The notes under the pieces are model-generated. The model ran no database searches, was not told the origin of the DNA, and worked only from the letters and a program-made list of their open reading frames with translations. From contig JBGSVZ010000019.1 of assembly GCA_041752695.1 (NCBI GenBank), positions 43,401 to 107,400 on the forward strand: a DNA stretch of 64,000 nucleotides. The letters are read 5' to 3'. Both the position numbers and the translations under genes were made by a program. Shown here piece by piece: positions 57,671 through 64,000 of the stretch (within the stretch, counting starts at the first letter, position 1; each line of letters begins with the position of its first letter). Source of the stretch: Terrimicrobiaceae bacterium. GTDB lineage: Bacteria > Verrucomicrobiota > Verrucomicrobiia > Chthoniobacterales > Terrimicrobiaceae.

Positions 57671-57796
57671 CTCCGATCCATCGCAAAACCGGCGACCCGA
57701 AAGCGAGCGGATTTTTTCCGAAAGCGAATATTGGCCCCTCGACGACCATTAGCCTCTGGGATAGATTTTTAGAGTCGACTGCAAAATCCCCACCCC

Positions 57797-58402
57797 ATGA
57801 AACGTGCGTTCACCCTCCTGGAGTTACTCATCGTCATTGCCATCCTGATCATCCTCGCCGCGCTCACCATTCCAGCGTTGAATTCCATTGGGGGCTCGAC
57901 TTCCCTCAGTGGTGCCACGCAATCCGTCACCGGCACGCTGGAGCTCGCCCGCCAGACCGCCGTGACCCAGAACCGTCCGGTCGAAGTCCGCCTTTACAAA
58001 CTCCCGGAAGACGGCCAGCCCACCGCAGCCCCCTCCGACTATCGGGGCCTCCAGATTTTCCTGGTAGACGACGAGTCCACCAATGCCGTGGCCAAACCGG
58101 TGAAACTTTCCCCATCCGTCATTATGACCAGCGACGCGGCGACCAGTTCGTTGATGGACGACACCGCCTTTCCCGAACAACCCGCGGCCGCCGGCATGAA
58201 CGTCCCGCCCGCAGGCTCCAACTACCGCTACCGCAGCTTCCGCTACAAGCCCAACGGCGGCACCGACCTCCCTCCGGACAAAAGCTGGTTTTTCACCCTT
58301 GTCTCCAAGAACGATCCCATCAAAGCCAACGGCCTCCCCGCCAACTTTGCGACCATTCAGATTGAGCCCCTCACCGGCAGGCCGACAGTGATGAGACCAT
58401 AG
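57797..58402 (+). CDS. vccD: Orphan Verru_Chthon cassette protein D paralog
   Basis: MKRA|FTLLELLIVIAIL; ARQTAVTQNRPVEVRLY; LPANFATIQIEPLTGRPTVMRP, matching the vccD at 2611-3378. Confidence 0.85.
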   Translation: MKRAFTLLELLIVIAILIILAALTIPALNSIGGSTSLSGATQSVTGTLELARQTAVTQNRPVEVRLYKLPEDGQPTAAPSDYRGLQIFLVDDESTNAVAKPVKLSPSVIMTSDAATSSLMDDTAFPEQPAAAGMNVPPAGSNYRYRSFRYKPNGGTDLPPDKSWFFTLVSKNDPIKANGLPANFATIQIEPLTGRPTVMRP

Positions 58403-58482
58403 GTGGCGTCAGCACCTAGCGGGCCGCATGTTCCACCAATCGAAAAGTCCTGGGCGGCTGCCAGTTCCCGTGCGTCGTTCCC

Positions 58483-61056
<2,574 letters not shown>

Positions 61057-61074
61057 GGTGCGAAATGATTCAGA

Positions 61075-61839
61075 TTAAAGGGGGACAAATTGCGGGTTCT
61101 GCTCACGCCAGCGGCATTCCCACTCGCGGGAGACGTTGTCCGACTGGCGGATGGTGCGCGGCGGGGTGATTTCCGCGCCACGCGGGAGTTTGATTTTCAA
61201 AAAATCCAGGACGGAACGGATGACCATTTCGTAGTTGGCGCAGAGTTCCTCATACCAAACTGGAAAGGGGGTGATTTTTTCCCGCGTAAAAAATTCCGTC
61301 CATATGGCCTCGTCCTTCTGCACGTCGGCAAGGCACTTCGCAATGAGTTCGCCATCAAACTCCGGCTCGCGGTGCGCTTCGTTGCCGTCCTGGATCTTCC
61401 AGAGACCGGTCTGCATGGCGCGAGCCTTCGAGATGGCCTGTTGCAGTTTATCGCGGCGCAGGATCTGCACAAACTGAAGGCGCGGAAACGCCGACTGCAA
61501 AACGCCCAGATCATTTCCCGCGCCAAAAGCGCCCGTGCCTCGCAGGCGGCTGACAAAGTCCTGCAAATACCATGCCATGATTTTAAAACTGAAGACCCGG
61601 TTGCCGAACGAAGCGGCGTCCACGATCCCCCTCACATAACCGGCAAAATCGTTTTGGGGATCGAGACCGTATTTGCCCGCGAGGTCCGCCTCGAATTTCG
61701 GCAGGAAATACTGTTGTCCGCGTCCCGCCCGCCGCGTGGCGTGCAGGCCGTCGCAGAGCAGATTGCTGCCCGTGCGTGCGATTGCGCAGACCATGAAGCT
61801 CCGGCGCGGATGACGCAGGTTGTGGAAAAGTCCGCCCAT
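61075..61839 (-). CDS. Stf0/LpsS-family sulfotransferase
   Basis: CAIARTGSNLLC 5'-PSB loop, FSFKIM, RRDKLQQAISKARAMQTGLW, WYEEL, RQSD. Confidence 0.85.
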   Translation of the reverse strand: MGGLFHNLRHPRRSFMVCAIARTGSNLLCDGLHATRRAGRGQQYFLPKFEADLAGKYGLDPQNDFAGYVRGIVDAASFGNRVFSFKIMAWYLQDFVSRLRGTGAFGAGNDLGVLQSAFPRLQFVQILRRDKLQQAISKARAMQTGLWKIQDGNEAHREPEFDGELIAKCLADVQKDEAIWTEFFTREKITPFPVWYEELCANYEMVIRSVLDFLKIKLPRGAEITPPRTIRQSDNVSREWECRWREQNPQFVPL

Positions 61840-61841
61840 GG

Positions 61842-62276
61842 CTACGCCGCCTCCTCCGAAGGAAAGACTGGAATTTTCAAAAGTTGGGCTGCGTCGCGCA
61901 CCCGGCGGTCCGTCGAACACAGCGGAAAATCCTGACTCAGATCACAAGCCGCCACATGCAGCGCGTCCAGCGTTCGCAGAGGCACACTGGGATGACAGGA
62001 CTCGAGAATTTGATACGCTTTGCGCAATGTCGTTCCATCCAGTGGCTCGAGCACGATCTCTTTCGCCTGGACTCGACTGACAAAAACCGTCCACGCCGCC
62101 CGGCGTTTGGCCGGAGTGAGAACTCCCGACCGCTCCTTGGACAGCAGCGCTGCAGCGACCTCGGTCCACGCCAGCTCAGAGGTGGACAAGTAGAGATCCT
62201 CCAACCGCTCCTGGAAAAATTCGCTGTCCTTTTCCGGCACGAGCAATTTGACGATAATACAGGAGTCCAGATACAT
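61842..62276 (-). CDS. vapC: VapC family PIN-domain toxin
   Basis: MYLDSC.IVKL, SELAWTEV, LRTLDALHVA, STDRR; TGATG coupling to antitoxin stop. Confidence 0.9.
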   Translation of the reverse strand: MYLDSCIIVKLLVPEKDSEFFQERLEDLYLSTSELAWTEVAAALLSKERSGVLTPAKRRAAWTVFVSRVQAKEIVLEPLDGTTLRKAYQILESCHPSVPLRTLDALHVAACDLSQDFPLCSTDRRVRDAAQLLKIPVFPSEEAA

Positions 62277-62611
62277 CACCAGCCGCGCCCGTCGCGATCT
62301 TCCCTAATGAGTTCGTCGGCCGTCGGCCCGCCGGACCAGGGAGGCATGGACGCAAGATGCTCGCGGGTTCCCGAGAAAGGTTTCCGTTGGGTCTTGAGAT
62401 TCCAGGGCGACAACCGCGCCTTCGGCTTGCCATCGCTCGTGATCACGATCTCGCGACCAGAAGCGACCAGATCGAGCAATCCTGAAAGATGCGCCTTGGC
62501 GGCCCGCACGCTGATGACTTCGCCAACGCCCGGCATGACGGCAACTTCCCGCACCACCGGAGCGGGCTCGGGCTCGCCATCGGTCGTCCGAACTGAAGCC
62601 ATTTCTTTCAT
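62276..62611 (-). CDS. Phd/YefM family antitoxin
   Basis: ISVRAAKAHLSGLLDLVASGREIVITSDGKPKARL, C-terminal LIREDRD; start placed at ATG 62611, downstream of the promoter. Confidence 0.9.
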   Translation of the reverse strand: MKEMASVRTTDGEPEPAPVVREVAVMPGVGEVISVRAAKAHLSGLLDLVASGREIVITSDGKPKARLSPWNLKTQRKPFSGTREHLASMPPWSGGPTADELIREDRDGRGW

Positions 62612-62617
62612 GGCTTT

Positions 62618-62645
62618 ATTGTAGTTACGCGTAGTCACATCGCAA
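62618..62645 (-). promoter_or_regulatory. TA promoter with overlapping operator-like repeat
   Basis: TTGCGA-N16-TACAAT, 6 nt before ATG; spacer TGTGACTACGCGTAACTACA is an imperfect palindrome with GT(G/A)ACTAC direct repeats. Confidence 0.75.
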
Positions 62646-62652
62646 GATCTTT

Positions 62653-64000
<1,348 letters not shown>

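Overview
64-kb window of a GC-rich bacterial chromosome, most likely Verrucomicrobiota (Spartobacteria/Chthoniobacterales-like), judged from the Verru_Chthon pilin-like cassette and overall gene content. The left end holds a secreted autotransporter-associated beta-strand repeat (PATR) protein that runs off the window and is absent from the ORF track. Next to it is a vccB-vccC-vccA-vccD minor-pilin cassette. In vccA the translationally coupled ATG is out of frame with the 1.3-kaa body, and an A6C slippery site and a (CAATCAA)3 tract lie in between, making it a candidate phase-variation or frameshift switch. Further on are an SDR, a PAP2/ArnT-like/GT2/split spermidine-synthase-like envelope operon, a 963-aa GH64/thaumatin-like secreted protein, an ABC-F, an NCS1 permease with a class III aminotransferase, galE, a plant/Zymomonas-type pyruvate decarboxylase, a lipocalin, dnaE, trxA, prc, pilC/gspF with a pilin, ugd, lptD, a phoH-7TM/HD-ybeY-UreF-like-clpS-DUF2017 operon, heptose kinase and gmhB, a FIST-MacAB-like operon and a putative phosphate-scavenging cluster with PHO-box-like repeats and a structured intergenic RNA candidate. 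The right end holds an orphan vccD and a gyrB-[VapBC, Stf0 sulfotransferase]-gyrA arrangement. Several small palindromic repeats and a recurring TTGnnn-N16-TAnnnT promoter architecture were seen. No rRNA, tRNA, CRISPR array or transposase was recognised. All family assignments come from motif recognition by eye, not database searches.
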